DNA of 63,990 bases, counting the filler, from Asterionella formosa (Eukaryota), in assembly GCA_002256025.1 (NCBI GenBank). It is 17 parts of 17 records of this genome, joined end to end, with 100 filler letters (N's around TTAATTAATTAA, not from the genome) between each part and the next. Parts side by side here need not be neighbours in the genome. Positions count along the whole stretch, not along the records: positions 21,465 to 42,799 come from NKIB01003033.1; 16 more parts are not named here. One strand, given 5' to 3'. Positions 25,420 to 36,419 of the stretch are shown piece by piece (within the stretch, counting starts at the first letter, position 1; each line of letters opens with the position of its first letter). The position numbers were made by a program, and so were the translations under genes. The notes under the pieces are model-generated. The model did not search any database. It was not told the origin of the DNA and saw only the letters and a program-made list of their open reading frames with translations.

Positions 25420-28141
25420 ATGGTGGAGTTTGGCTTGAAATTGGAGGACAACAAGGTGGCGGACTGGGCTGATAAATACATTGACTATGACAAGCTGAAG
25501 GAGATTCTACGACTCGCCAAGAATGCAATGAAGAAGAGAGATGAGATAATGATGCGCAAGCCGGATTTGGCGGCAGCAATCGAAACGGCTTTCAAGGAAG
25601 GACCCTCTCTTGCATTTTTTTCCCCTCAGCCAAGTTTCTCAAGTCTTACAAATCTGGACGTTATATCAGAAAGCCCCGAAGTCGACGAAGCCAGCAATCG
25701 CGAGGGCGATCAAGCGATTTCTTCCAGGCGCGACGAATCAGCAGCGTTGATCGATCGTAGTCGACAGATGTACGGAAGCGAAGCGTCATTGTTGAGCGTT
25801 GACACAGACTCATTTAGTAACAAACTGTACAGCAAAGTAACTGGGATCTTTTCCAAAACCAGGTACGAAACTTCAGTTCGCGCTAGACTACAGGAGGTTG
25901 AAATCTGTCATGTGCAATTCGAGACGGAATTGTTCAAAGAGGTACGCTTTGTATATCTTTGAACCTGATGTATGTACAACCTGTTTGGTCAAGCCGCGTG
26001 CTAATCTTCTGTCGTTTCGCAGCTGGACAGTGTAAATGCTTTCTACGACGAAAATTGCCTTCTACTCAATGAAAGACTCAATTTGTTGATCGAAAACGTC
26101 AAAGCATCAAGCGTTCTTCATACTTTTCATGATTCCAGTCGAAGCGTTGTCATGACGCCAACCGTTAGTAGGCGCAAGTCGGCGGCAGATTTTATTGTTA
26201 CAACTATTCAGTCTAATTTCGCAAGAAAGAAAAAAGAAGAAAAGCACGTCATCTATGATGCCCCTGACGAAGATCTCGAAGAAGATCAGAAGGAAAGCGA
26301 CGAACGCATTCGAGAGTCTGATTCCGTCCAGCGTGCATTAGTTGACCAGTACAGAACAAACAAGTTATTGCACAATTTTTCCATCATGAATTACACTGGA
26401 TTTATCAAGATAATCAAGAAGCACGACAAAACTTTCCCACAGTATAAGGGAAATTATAAGGATGTGGTAAATAATTCAAGTGTTTGCAATAATGGCAACG
26501 AGCTGGTTGTCTTGGAACAGAAAATGGAAACTTTATATGCTGACTGGTTCTGTGGTGGCGATCTCCGTGAAGCGCGGGCTCAAATGCTTCCAAAGCGCGG
26601 TGATGGTTTAGAGATGGATTGGTCTCAGCTTAGGTACGTAGCTTGACACACATAACACCTGATTTCATAGGGTCAAACCCACCTAACGTTTGAATACACA
26701 GGCTTGGATATCGTCTCGGTATGTGTGCAATTTTGGCAATGTGGGTTTGCTGGGATTGTGTATGGGGACTCGTAAAGGACGGCAACACGACAATCGGCGG
26801 AAGAACCGCATTTCCAGTATTTCGTGGATGCGGGGGCCTTGCTTTATTACATTGGTTATGGGGGGTTTCTGTTTACGTTTGGTCTCGACAACGCATCAAC
26901 TATATATATCTCTTTGACTTCAACCCTCGAATCGTTGACTCTGCCGTCACCATTTTCAATGACGCAGTCGACGAAACCCTGGTGTTTTTGACATGTATGT
27001 TATTGTATTACAAGGTCAGTCTCATACCCAATTTCCCATTTATGCGGATCCTTGCCTCGTTTGCTCACCAATTTACTGAAAATAGGCAGGTGCCCATGAT
27101 ATACCAAATTGGATCCCAGCTGGGTATTTCGCAGGTTTCCTTGTTATGTACACAATGTACAAGATGATCTTCCCCCTACGAACCCGTGGCCCAATGTGGC
27201 ACGCAATTTTTCAAGTTCTTATCGCGCCGTTTACCTCGCCAACTTTTTTTACCATCTATATGGCAGACGTTTTTACCAGTATGGTCAAGGTGTTTCAAGA
27301 CATAGCATGGAGTTTTGGTTTTGTTGTATCTGGTGACTTTTTGGTTTCTGAAGACAAGCATAGGTCTACTTCACATCCATGGAGCCATTCATTCTGGTAC
27401 AAGAACGTTTTGATCCCGCTTATTTGTTTATTCCCATTATGGATACGGTTTAATCAATGCCTGCGACGGTACATTGACACAGGAAAGCGAATGCCAAATC
27501 TGGCCAACGCATTGAAATACGCAATGTCGCAGACCGTTACTCTCTTTGGAGCATTCCACCCCCTGTATATGCTTCACAATCGAAACCAAGATGCAGTTTT
27601 TAACTACTTCCAGCTCTTTTGGATCATCTTGTTCATATCTTCTTCTCTGTACAGCTTTTGGTGGGACGTTGTAATGGACTGGGGACTTGGGCAAAGAGAA
27701 TATCAATTCCTTGGACCTCGCCTCATGTTTCCAGCTCGTTCAACTTATTACGCTGTTATGGCGGTTGATCTGGTTCTCAGATTCTTGTGGGTTTTGACAC
27801 TGATCCCGCCGCAATCTGGAGCAAGTTTTGAACTTCCTCAATATCTCACTGCTGTATCAATGGGATTGGAGTTGACTAGAAGAACAATATGGGGTTTCTT
27901 TAGACTAGAAAATGAGCACCGAAGCAACACTGGTCAATATCGCCGAGTGCAGTTTGTACCTCTCCATTTCACCACAGGTCATACGCACAACTACACTCGA
28001 GAGAAGGAGCACAAGGGTTCTCAAGTGTTGCTTGAGGTGGTCTTCATTACTATTTTGGTGATTGGGGTAAGTGTGACAAGTGTGGTTGCAGCCCAGCGCG
28101 CATCCCAACGGGTATCCCACATCAATTTATCAGAACTGTGA
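25420..28141 (+). CDS. SPX-EXS phosphate exporter (XPR1/PHO1/SYG1 family); exons 25420-25941, 26023-26633, 26702-27014, 27086-28141
   Basis: SPX motifs MVEFG..W..KYIDYDKLK, ELDSVNAFY and NYTGFIKIIKKHDK. EXS motifs ADVFTS, RFNQCLRRY, WDVVMDWGL and RRTIWGFFRLENEH. Three GT-AG introns splice in frame. Confidence 0.92.
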
Positions 28142-29027
28142 GCATCATAAAGCGTCCCTTGGAGTCTGGAACTACTGCGGGGTGTTCTGACACTGGCTGA
28201 GGTTTAATTTGTTGGAGGCTAAAGAAATTTGTCAGAGTATTTCCGGCACCATGCCGTCATTTATAGACATTCTGACCGCAACAGAATTGCCACTCAATTT
28301 CTAGTATAATAAAATTAGTGGTACCTGGTACCCTGGTACAGCAAAACAGAAGAAGGCTATCTTGCGTTGCTATGTAGCTCGTTCAATCGTTCTAGCGAGG
28401 ATACGGTTGCTCTCAATAACCAAGGTTGATTAGTTTGCAACTGTGTATACTCTGAATCCCGGTTCCATCATAAAAATAATAAATCTATCTTACTCCTATA
28501 ATCAGCCTAAGACTACAAATGTTATTCTGTTAGTTAGACCTATGTGGTCCTCCTTTCCGAGTCCTAGTACCAGGTACCAGGTAGTAGCAATGATTAGCTA
28601 TTTCTGCAAGCAAGTGCAGAAAACACAGCTAATTGAGTAATAAAGCAGCCAGAGCAATGTATCTTCATGGTGCAAAATCAAATTGAGCAGAGAATTTATA
28701 AGAGGACTTCAGGGATGGAACAGGTAAGTGGGATAGTAAGCACCTTGTCCAAGATAAATGTTTGACGTTGGACACCTACTCTGGAACCTTTTGAGTACCA
28801 GGTACCGTAGTACAGGCAGGATAGCAATTGTTGGGTTCGTCTCCCACACTCCTTGCCGTCCCGCACGGTCTTGCCTGCAAGTACAAGAAAAAGTGGGACT
28901 CGGCTGATGTTAGCATTGGTGCGTTTCTTCTTATGGAACAACAAACAACAAGAACGGAAGAGAGCTGTCGATTGATATGCGCATGCATCAATGCTTTCTT
29001 TGATTGGCTGATGGACCAGCACCAGCC

Positions 29028-30542
29028 ATGTTTAAATTGCGGACCAGCCTACATCAGGTGCTGAGAAGGAACGCAATCCTCATTTCGCCACCACTGCGAA
29101 ACCTTTCGGGTTTCCCATGGTTAAGTAGCCCATCGTCACAAGATGCGGAACACTTATTTCAGTGCATGGATCAGCGTGAAGGCTCCGTTGTTACTGATCC
29201 ACAAACTGTTGATCCGTACAACACCGATTGGAACAAACAATACAAAGGCACTTCGACGCTGTTGCTCCGGCCAAAGACAACCTCAGAGGTTTCGGCGATT
29301 CTGAAGTACTGCAACGAGAAAAAGATTGGAATTGTTCCGCAAGGAGGAAACACGGGGCTTGTTGGGGGCAGTGTACCTATTTACGATGAAGTCATCTTGA
29401 GCATGAAGGGACTGAACGAGATTGAGGGCTTGGATGAAGATACCGGAATACTGAGGAGTGGGGCTGGTTGCATTTTGCAACATCTTCAGGAATATACAGC
29501 AACTCGAAACTTTATGGTACCCGTAGATCTAGGAGCCAAGGGGTCATGCTGTATCGGTGGTAATGTGGCGACCAACGCGGGGGGACAATACTTTTATCGA
29601 CACGGCTCCCTTCATGCAAATGTTCTTGGCTTGGAAGTTGTGTTGGCTGATGGACGTATCTTGGATCTAATCTCGTCTGTCAATCTCAAGGACAACACTG
29701 GATACGATCTCAAACATTTATTCATTGGAGCGGAAGGAACACTGGGTGTGATTACCAGAGTTGCTCTCTTATGTCCACACCTGCCGCCATGTAGGAATTC
29801 AGCTTTCTTAGCTTGTAACACTTTTGAGGACGTTCTCACGACACTCAGGCTAGCAAAAGCAGTTTTGGGGGAAGTTATGTCTGCCTTCGAATACATGGAT
29901 AGAACTGTGTTAAATATGGTTGCAAAAGGGAAGGAGCTTCCGTTGGTGCAAGGCGACGGTTCAAGCTACCCTTTCTGTGTCTTGGTCGAAACTCAAGGCT
30001 CACAACAACAGCACGATATGGAAAAGATTGAGACATTTTTAGAGCAATCAACGGAACAAGGATGTGTTGTGGATGGTGTTTTGGCTCAAAACCTCACGCA
30101 AGTCCATGCGATGTGGGAGATTCGAGAATCATGCAATCCGATTGTATTGTCGAAAGGGTACATCTACAAATATGACATCTCGCTCCCAGTCGGAGACTTT
30201 CAGGATTTCATTGCAGAGATGAAAGGGCGAATTCGTGACCATCCCACAGCTCAGATGGTAACCTGGGGCCACGTCGCTGATGGAAATATGCACTTCAATG
30301 TCGTGACTCCAGGATCACATGAATTGGATGAAGCATTGAAGGAGAGCATAGAACCCTCTATTTTCGAGTCGGTTGTTCGGCGAGGCGGGTCTGTCTCAGC
30401 TGAGCACGGTTTGGGACAATGTAAAAATAACTACCTCCCAATGGCAAAAGGCAAGATAGCCTTGCAGTTGATGCATTCGATGAAAACCTCATTAGATCCA
30501 AATCGGATATTGAATCCGGGAAAATATTTGCCTTCTCCATAA
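29028..30542 (+). CDS. D-2-hydroxyglutarate dehydrogenase-like FAD-linked oxidoreductase, mitochondrial
   Basis: PQGGNTGLVGGSVP, DLGAKGSC.IGGNVATNAGG, KDNTGYDLKHLFIGAEGTLG, GHVADGNMH, SAEHGLG, LNPGK. First ATG at 29028. Confidence 0.88.
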   Translation: MFKLRTSLHQVLRRNAILISPPLRNLSGFPWLSSPSSQDAEHLFQCMDQREGSVVTDPQTVDPYNTDWNKQYKGTSTLLLRPKTTSEVSAILKYCNEKKIGIVPQGGNTGLVGGSVPIYDEVILSMKGLNEIEGLDEDTGILRSGAGCILQHLQEYTATRNFMVPVDLGAKGSCCIGGNVATNAGGQYFYRHGSLHANVLGLEVVLADGRILDLISSVNLKDNTGYDLKHLFIGAEGTLGVITRVALLCPHLPPCRNSAFLACNTFEDVLTTLRLAKAVLGEVMSAFEYMDRTVLNMVAKGKELPLVQGDGSSYPFCVLVETQGSQQQHDMEKIETFLEQSTEQGCVVDGVLAQNLTQVHAMWEIRESCNPIVLSKGYIYKYDISLPVGDFQDFIAEMKGRIRDHPTAQMVTWGHVADGNMHFNVVTPGSHELDEALKESIEPSIFESVVRRGGSVSAEHGLGQCKNNYLPMAKGKIALQLMHSMKTSLDPNRILNPGKYLPSP

Positions 30543-30751
30543 AGAGTTGTTTCAGTTCTACAGCTAACCAAGATTTGGCCTGAAGTCAGCTTTCTTGACA
30601 GAATTACTTTTATAATATAGATGAATTCATAACACTGTAGTTTTAAGCACAAAGGAAAGTCAATTCATCCTGTATGACAGAAACGGAAATCAATGGTGCA
30701 GTAAAATGGCGATGGATTACATTCAAAGTCTTCAAGAGATAGAAAGACAGC

Positions 30752-32633
30752 TTAGTTTCCCGACATCATAGCCTTTAGATCCTCGTGAGCATTCCCAGTA
30801 GGCATAATGTTGTAGTTCTCAACGAGGACACGCAAGACGTTCGGCGTGATATACGCCGGAATCGAAGGCCCTAACCGAATGTTCTTGACTCCCATACTTA
30901 GTAGGGTCAACAAAACGGCAGCAGCTTTCTGTTCCAAATGGCTTATAGCGAGGGATAGGGGTAAATCGTTAATAGAGCAATCCAACGCTTTTGCGAGCTC
31001 CGTAGCAACCACGATCGCAGAATAGGCGTCGTTACACTGACCCATATCCAATACGCGAGGAAGACCATTGGCGAGCTTTGCGCCCATAAGCTTTTCGCTG
31101 TTGATAAGACGGTTCTTTGCGCAACCAAGAGTCAAAATAATAGAGTCGTCAGGGGTCTCCTCGGCAAGTTCAGTGAAGTAATTCCTATCCCATTGCTGAG
31201 TGAAGAGCAAAGGTTAGCTAATCGATGCAACAGTGACAGCAGCAACAAAGTAGCAATTTCAATAATCTTACAGTGCCATCACAACCACCAATCAAAAAAA
31301 TGCGAGAAAGTGCACCCGACTTTGCCGCATCAATGATCTGATTTGCCAGAGGAAGGACCACACGATGATTGAATCCAACGGTATGATATCGGGCCGGTTC
31401 AATTGTCGTTTTGAATCCCTTCTCTTTCTGTGCCTGGGCTATCACAGGAGAGAAATCGCGGGTTTCGCCGATGTGTTCCACTCCATCAAACCCAACTTCG
31501 TTCATGGTGTAAATACGCTTCTTGTAAACACGACGAGGCTCAATAATGCAGTTGGTAGTCACAACGACTGGGCCAGGGAACATGGCAAATTCAATCTTTT
31601 GGTTTTGCCAGGCCGTCCCGTAGTTGCCAACAAGGTGAGAATGCTTCTTCAGTTCAGGGTATCCGTGGGCTGGAAGCATCTCGCCGTGGGTGTAAACATT
31701 GATTCCCGTGCCTTCCGTTTGTTCCAACAGAGCTTTCAGGTCAGCCATATCGTGACCAGAAATAAGAATTGCCTTTCCTTCAACAGCAGAAACTTTCACT
31801 TCGGTGGGCACCGGTGAGCCATAGGTATCAGCATGTGCCGCGTCAAGTAAGTTCAAGACTGCTCCGTTGATTTCTCCCACACGAAGCGCGTTGGCTAACA
31901 GCCCGTTCATGTCAGCTTTGTTCGAATCAAGCTTGGCCCAAACCTCATGAATGCCAGCCATGATATCCTCGCCGATAGTACCACGAATTTGCCACACGTG
32001 CGAAGCATATGCAGAGACTCCTTTTATTCCATAGGTTCCAATTTCATTCAAAGAAAAGCAATCATTATCTCCCATCCGATTTTGACGAACAGGAACTGAA
32101 ACTGCTTGCCCAAACTCCTCTAGTTCAAAATTCGTGAGACCGGAATGCAAGGACAGCTCAGCCACATGCCCAGTTGGAGTGTGATTTGGAACCAACTTCG
32201 CCAACTCTTCCTGGAATTTGATCCCTTCACGAATGTATGTGGCGATGCGATCCTCGGAGAAGTTAACGTTTGTCATGGTGCTAAACGCTGCTTTGATGGT
32301 CCATTCGTTGATGGCGGGAGACACCGGTATTCCAGCCTCTCGAGCAGCAACGGCCCAGATGGAGACGGTTTTGATCACTTGAATCAAGGTATCTTGAATG
32401 GCCGAAGTCTCTGGAGCTTTGCCGCAGACCCCAAGAGTCGTGCATGCGTAGTTATCTTTTGTTTGCTCACATTGACGACAAAACATGGCCGAATCGGTCA
32501 CCATGGGTTGTGCTGTCGAGAAAGATCTACTTTCTTGCAAAAACGAAGCTGGGTAAACAGTGGGACGAACAAAGCGAAACGCTGAATGAACAGAGCGACG
32601 GCCAATTTTCGAAGCAGCAAAGCGAAACATCAT
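30752..32633 (-). CDS. hcp: Hybrid-cluster protein (prismane; hydroxylamine/NO reductase); exons 32633-31272 and 31195-30752, 601 aa
   Basis: [14 protein letters not shown] (C-x2-C-x8-C-x5-C) and hybrid-cluster ligand motifs SGHD, THGEMLP, TTNC, GGCDG, LGCAK, GQCND, EQKA. A 76-nt GT-AG intron 31271-31196 splices in frame. Arg/Ser-rich presequence of about 45 aa. Confidence 0.95.
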
Positions 32634-33648
32634 CTTGACGAATAAATTACGAATTAAGATTTAGTGGACCGGTAGAATTATGTTATTGACGAAGAATATA
32701 GGATTGTGATGTTCTTTGCTTGAAGGGTCGGATGCGAATTTTTTTTGTGTCAATCGATTTTACATGAGATCGATGCATATTCCGGTAAATACGTAGCTAT
32801 CATTGGCTGTTGAAACACAGCGCCAAATTAACAAAGAAACTGTAGAATGTGTTCGCATTGGGGTATAGACATATTGCAATACGGATCTTACAAAAACATC
32901 AACCAAAAGGGGTTCGGATTCTCGTCGGATTCATCCTACATACCGGTACCTGGTACCGGTAGTATGTTCAGCCGAGTACCTGGTACTGGTACCAGGTACC
33001 TGATGGTAAGCTCGGTGTCACCTCAAGGAGATCAATTTTGATACTGTGGCTGATGCTTAAATGTTTTCTAGCGTTTACGAATACAAAATAAGAACGGTAC
33101 TGGTAGATTGAGGAATAGTACCGGTACCTGGGACCTGATAGAAGACCACACACAGGTACCAATTGCAAAACATTTGTATTTCTATACATATATTTTTATA
33201 GTCGAATGGTCGGCGATTACGCCAGAGCGAACGCAAATACCGCTATGTATGCCAAGAATAGGAAGTGAAGCCAAGTACCGGCACTTGAAGGTCACAAGGC
33301 CATAAGGGTGTCATCAATTTAACTGGTACCCTGGTACTACAAGGTACTGGCACTGGTACCAGGTACCGGTCCTGGCAGGCCACAAACGTTTTCCCATTTC
33401 TTTACCCATGAAGTGGTACATAGAGTTGTACCAGGTACAAGGGGGGTGGTACCGGTACCGGAATTCACTCCAAACGAGGTGCGAACGCATCGAACAATGC
33501 GTTAATCAAAATATCAAAACCAGACATGCGATGCCTGCACATGAAGCAATGCTCAGCAATCAATGTCAACATACGGTACGTAGCTTTGTGATAGCATCAC
33601 AAACATCGCATTTCATTTGCTCACAAATCGAGCGGATCATTTGATATA

Positions 33649-35547
33649 ATGATACACCTGACAAGCCTCTGTCGTTCTTTCTCTCACCATCTCCAAACCT
33701 TGAGCCTTGGCCAATTTTGTCGAACGACAAATCTATCCCAACGAGGATGCCTTTCCAGATTCATGAGCGCTTTGGCTTCGCCCAGGCCGATGCGCATTCT
33801 CTGGGGTTCCCAGGGAGGCACGGCTCAAATATTTGCCATGCAGCTCCAGGAAGCTCTTGAAGAGGAATATGATGGTGTCGAGGTTCAAACTATGGGTCTG
33901 AATGAATTCTCGCCCAGCGAGATTTTGAAAGCAAATGCACTCAACATTTTGGTTGTCAGTGTGACTGGCGTCGGCGAACCACCGGAGAATACACGAGAAT
34001 TCTATAACTATTTAATGAACGATCCTACGTTACCCGAATCGCTGGACTATGCAGTCTTTGGACTGGGTAATTCAAAAGCACATCCGAATCAGTACAATGT
34101 GATCGCTAAAGCTATTGATAAGAAACTAGAAGAAAATGGCGGCAACCGACTCTACGAATTGGGACTCGGTGATGACGGAGACTGTATTGAAGAAGATTTC
34201 GATATTTGGATGGGAAAACTAGTTTCTTCGCTGTCTAATGGGGGATTGAACATGCCGAATTGGGTTCAGGACGTTGCAGGAAATCATCCCGATATTGCGG
34301 TTGTTCAAGCTATCGAGCGAAGGGAGTCCTCGAGGTATCAACCGCTTATGTTGCTTCCGGCAGCGAACGATGCTGTCAGAGAAGATCTCTGTGATCTAGC
34401 GTCACCATATTACCAAGCAGATTTCAAAAAGTTCCTCGTGACTGAAAATAGACCCCTCAGCATCGGTGCAGGGGAACAGTCACTCAGAGAGATAGTAATC
34501 TCCACTGAAGGTCATGATGTCCAGTATGAAGCTGGCGATCATGTAATGATATACCCTAAAAACTCAAATTGCATGGTCGAAGCATATGAAGCCCTTATTG
34601 AAGTTGACCCTCACTCTATGATTGAAAGTGGCAACCTAAGTTCAAACTATCCGCATCCGACTTCCTTGACTATTGCTGAGACCCTGACTCACTGTGTCGA
34701 CTTGAGTGCAGTTCCTTCACCCGCCTTTGCTCGATTCCTTCTTGGTAGGAAGGAAATCGATTATAGAAACGAAGTTGCAAATCCTCGCAGAACTGCTTTG
34801 GATCTCATTCATGAATCAAACAAGATCCCGTCGCTTGAGGACTTGCTCTACGGTCTTCCAGCTTTGATGCCTCGATACTACTCTATTGCATCGTCCCCTC
34901 TAGCGAATCCTGATCAAATATATCTGACATATAGGCCAGTGAAATACGTATCTACTAGAGGCCATCTTCGCGAAGGTGTCTGCACGTCATATCTATCCAC
35001 ATTGGGTGTTGGCGAAACAGGTCAATCTTCCGTCATCGCCTCTATACGTTCGAATCCTTCGTTTCGGCTTCCCCTTGACAACTTGACCCCCATCTTGCTG
35101 ATAGCTGGTGGTTGTGGTATTGCTCCTATTCGATCTTTTCTTGAAGATCGGCTTGCGGGAGACCATAACAGCTTTGGAGACTCGCACTTATTTGTGGGCT
35201 TTCGTTCGCCCGGAGATGAGGTGTATCGGCCCTTGATGGACAAAGCTGCAGCTTGTGGGGTCATCAAGGATGTGCAAGTATCATATTCTAGAGGCTGTGT
35301 TTCTGCAGAGCAGAAGTGCTGTTTTGTCTCAGACACTGTCAGGGCTAACAGCTCGGTAGTTTGGGACTTGATAGAAGGCGGTGGTCACATCTATGTATGC
35401 GGAGGCGCCAGAGGCTTTGGAGTATCAATTGAACAGGAGTTGCTTTCTGTCTTCAAAGAACACAAGAAAATGGATTTGACTGAAGCTACCGATTATCTGC
35501 GTGAGCTTGTCAAAGAAGGGCGGCTCTGTGAGGATATTTCCGACTAA
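33649..35547 (+). CDS. Soluble diflavin (FMN+FAD) NAD(P)H reductase, CPR/NOS-reductase/CysJ fold, with putative mitochondrial presequence
   Basis: Flavodoxin motifs WGSQGGTA, TGVGEPPEN, AVFGLGN, LGDD. FAD motifs RYYSIASS, GVCTSYL. NAD(P) motifs GGCGIAP, YVCG. No N-terminal membrane anchor. Confidence 0.9.
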   Translation: MIHLTSLCRSFSHHLQTLSLGQFCRTTNLSQRGCLSRFMSALASPRPMRILWGSQGGTAQIFAMQLQEALEEEYDGVEVQTMGLNEFSPSEILKANALNILVVSVTGVGEPPENTREFYNYLMNDPTLPESLDYAVFGLGNSKAHPNQYNVIAKAIDKKLEENGGNRLYELGLGDDGDCIEEDFDIWMGKLVSSLSNGGLNMPNWVQDVAGNHPDIAVVQAIERRESSRYQPLMLLPAANDAVREDLCDLASPYYQADFKKFLVTENRPLSIGAGEQSLREIVISTEGHDVQYEAGDHVMIYPKNSNCMVEAYEALIEVDPHSMIESGNLSSNYPHPTSLTIAETLTHCVDLSAVPSPAFARFLLGRKEIDYRNEVANPRRTALDLIHESNKIPSLEDLLYGLPALMPRYYSIASSPLANPDQIYLTYRPVKYVSTRGHLREGVCTSYLSTLGVGETGQSSVIASIRSNPSFRLPLDNLTPILLIAGGCGIAPIRSFLEDRLAGDHNSFGDSHLFVGFRSPGDEVYRPLMDKAAACGVIKDVQVSYSRGCVSAEQKCCFVSDTVRANSSVVWDLIEGGGHIYVCGGARGFGVSIEQELLSVFKEHKKMDLTEATDYLRELVKEGRLCEDISD

Positions 35548-36419
35548 TATAATATCTACCGTTGGGACTGAACCGATTATCCGTCAACTTTGCATGGGTT
35601 GGCATTCTAATCTTACCGACAAGATTTGGTCAACTTTTTAGTGTTCAACATAGACTGACAGCGACAGTAGAGATCATTTGAATGAACCATCATGTTAATG
35701 TGGTAGCCAAACCGTCTTATTTTTACCTAGGACATTGCAATGCATAATAATTACGAGTTTCAGAGGCGAGTGTACAATTTAAAATTTAAATTATGCCGCA
35801 CTTGGTCTATTCGTGCTAGTATCACGCTTTCGATGATGCTTGCTTTGCTGAGACAAAAAATATCGAAGATCTTCATTGCTCGCCTTTCTTACCCTTTCTC
35901 GTTCCTCGCATCCACGAGGAACTTTCATGAGGAACTCCACTCTCTCATCTGATTTTCCAGAACATTTAGATGAAATTGAAATTGATTGTTGAAACAGGGA
36001 TCGAATGTAATCAGTGTTTTTGATCTTGGCTTTAAGCAATGACGGTTTTGGGAGAGGGTCGATGTGGAGCGATAACGGTGCTGATTGAGGTGTATTTTTT
36101 TGATTAGCAGGTCTGCGAACTTTTGTATAGTCGATGAGCTTGCTCGTTGATCGTGGCAAACCTGATGGCTTTGGGCTAGATTCAATGGCGAGCGACTGAA
36201 GTGCATCGTCTTTGTCAGGCCCAATTGGTTTGCTTGTTGATCGTGGTAATATACTACTTGGACCACCAGATAGGGCGGGATGTTTGATTCTCTTTTGGGA
36301 CCAGAAAAAAGCACATTAGATTGATATTCTGTATTACAGTTCCTGCAATTAACAATCAAACGTACATGTTCACAGCGAAACTTCTTGGTCTTGAAAAGAA
36401 AACTCACAACCTTTGTGAC

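Noticed and set aside
557..30542. Dld and D2HGDH as a 2-hydroxyacid dehydrogenase cluster
   Set aside because: They lie on different contigs separated by an artificial spacer.
30752..32633. hcp (and dld) as bacterial contamination
   Set aside because: hcp has a spliceosomal intron and a presequence, and both genes sit on contigs with intron-containing eukaryotic genes. gyrB is on an isolated fragment, so its origin is less certain.
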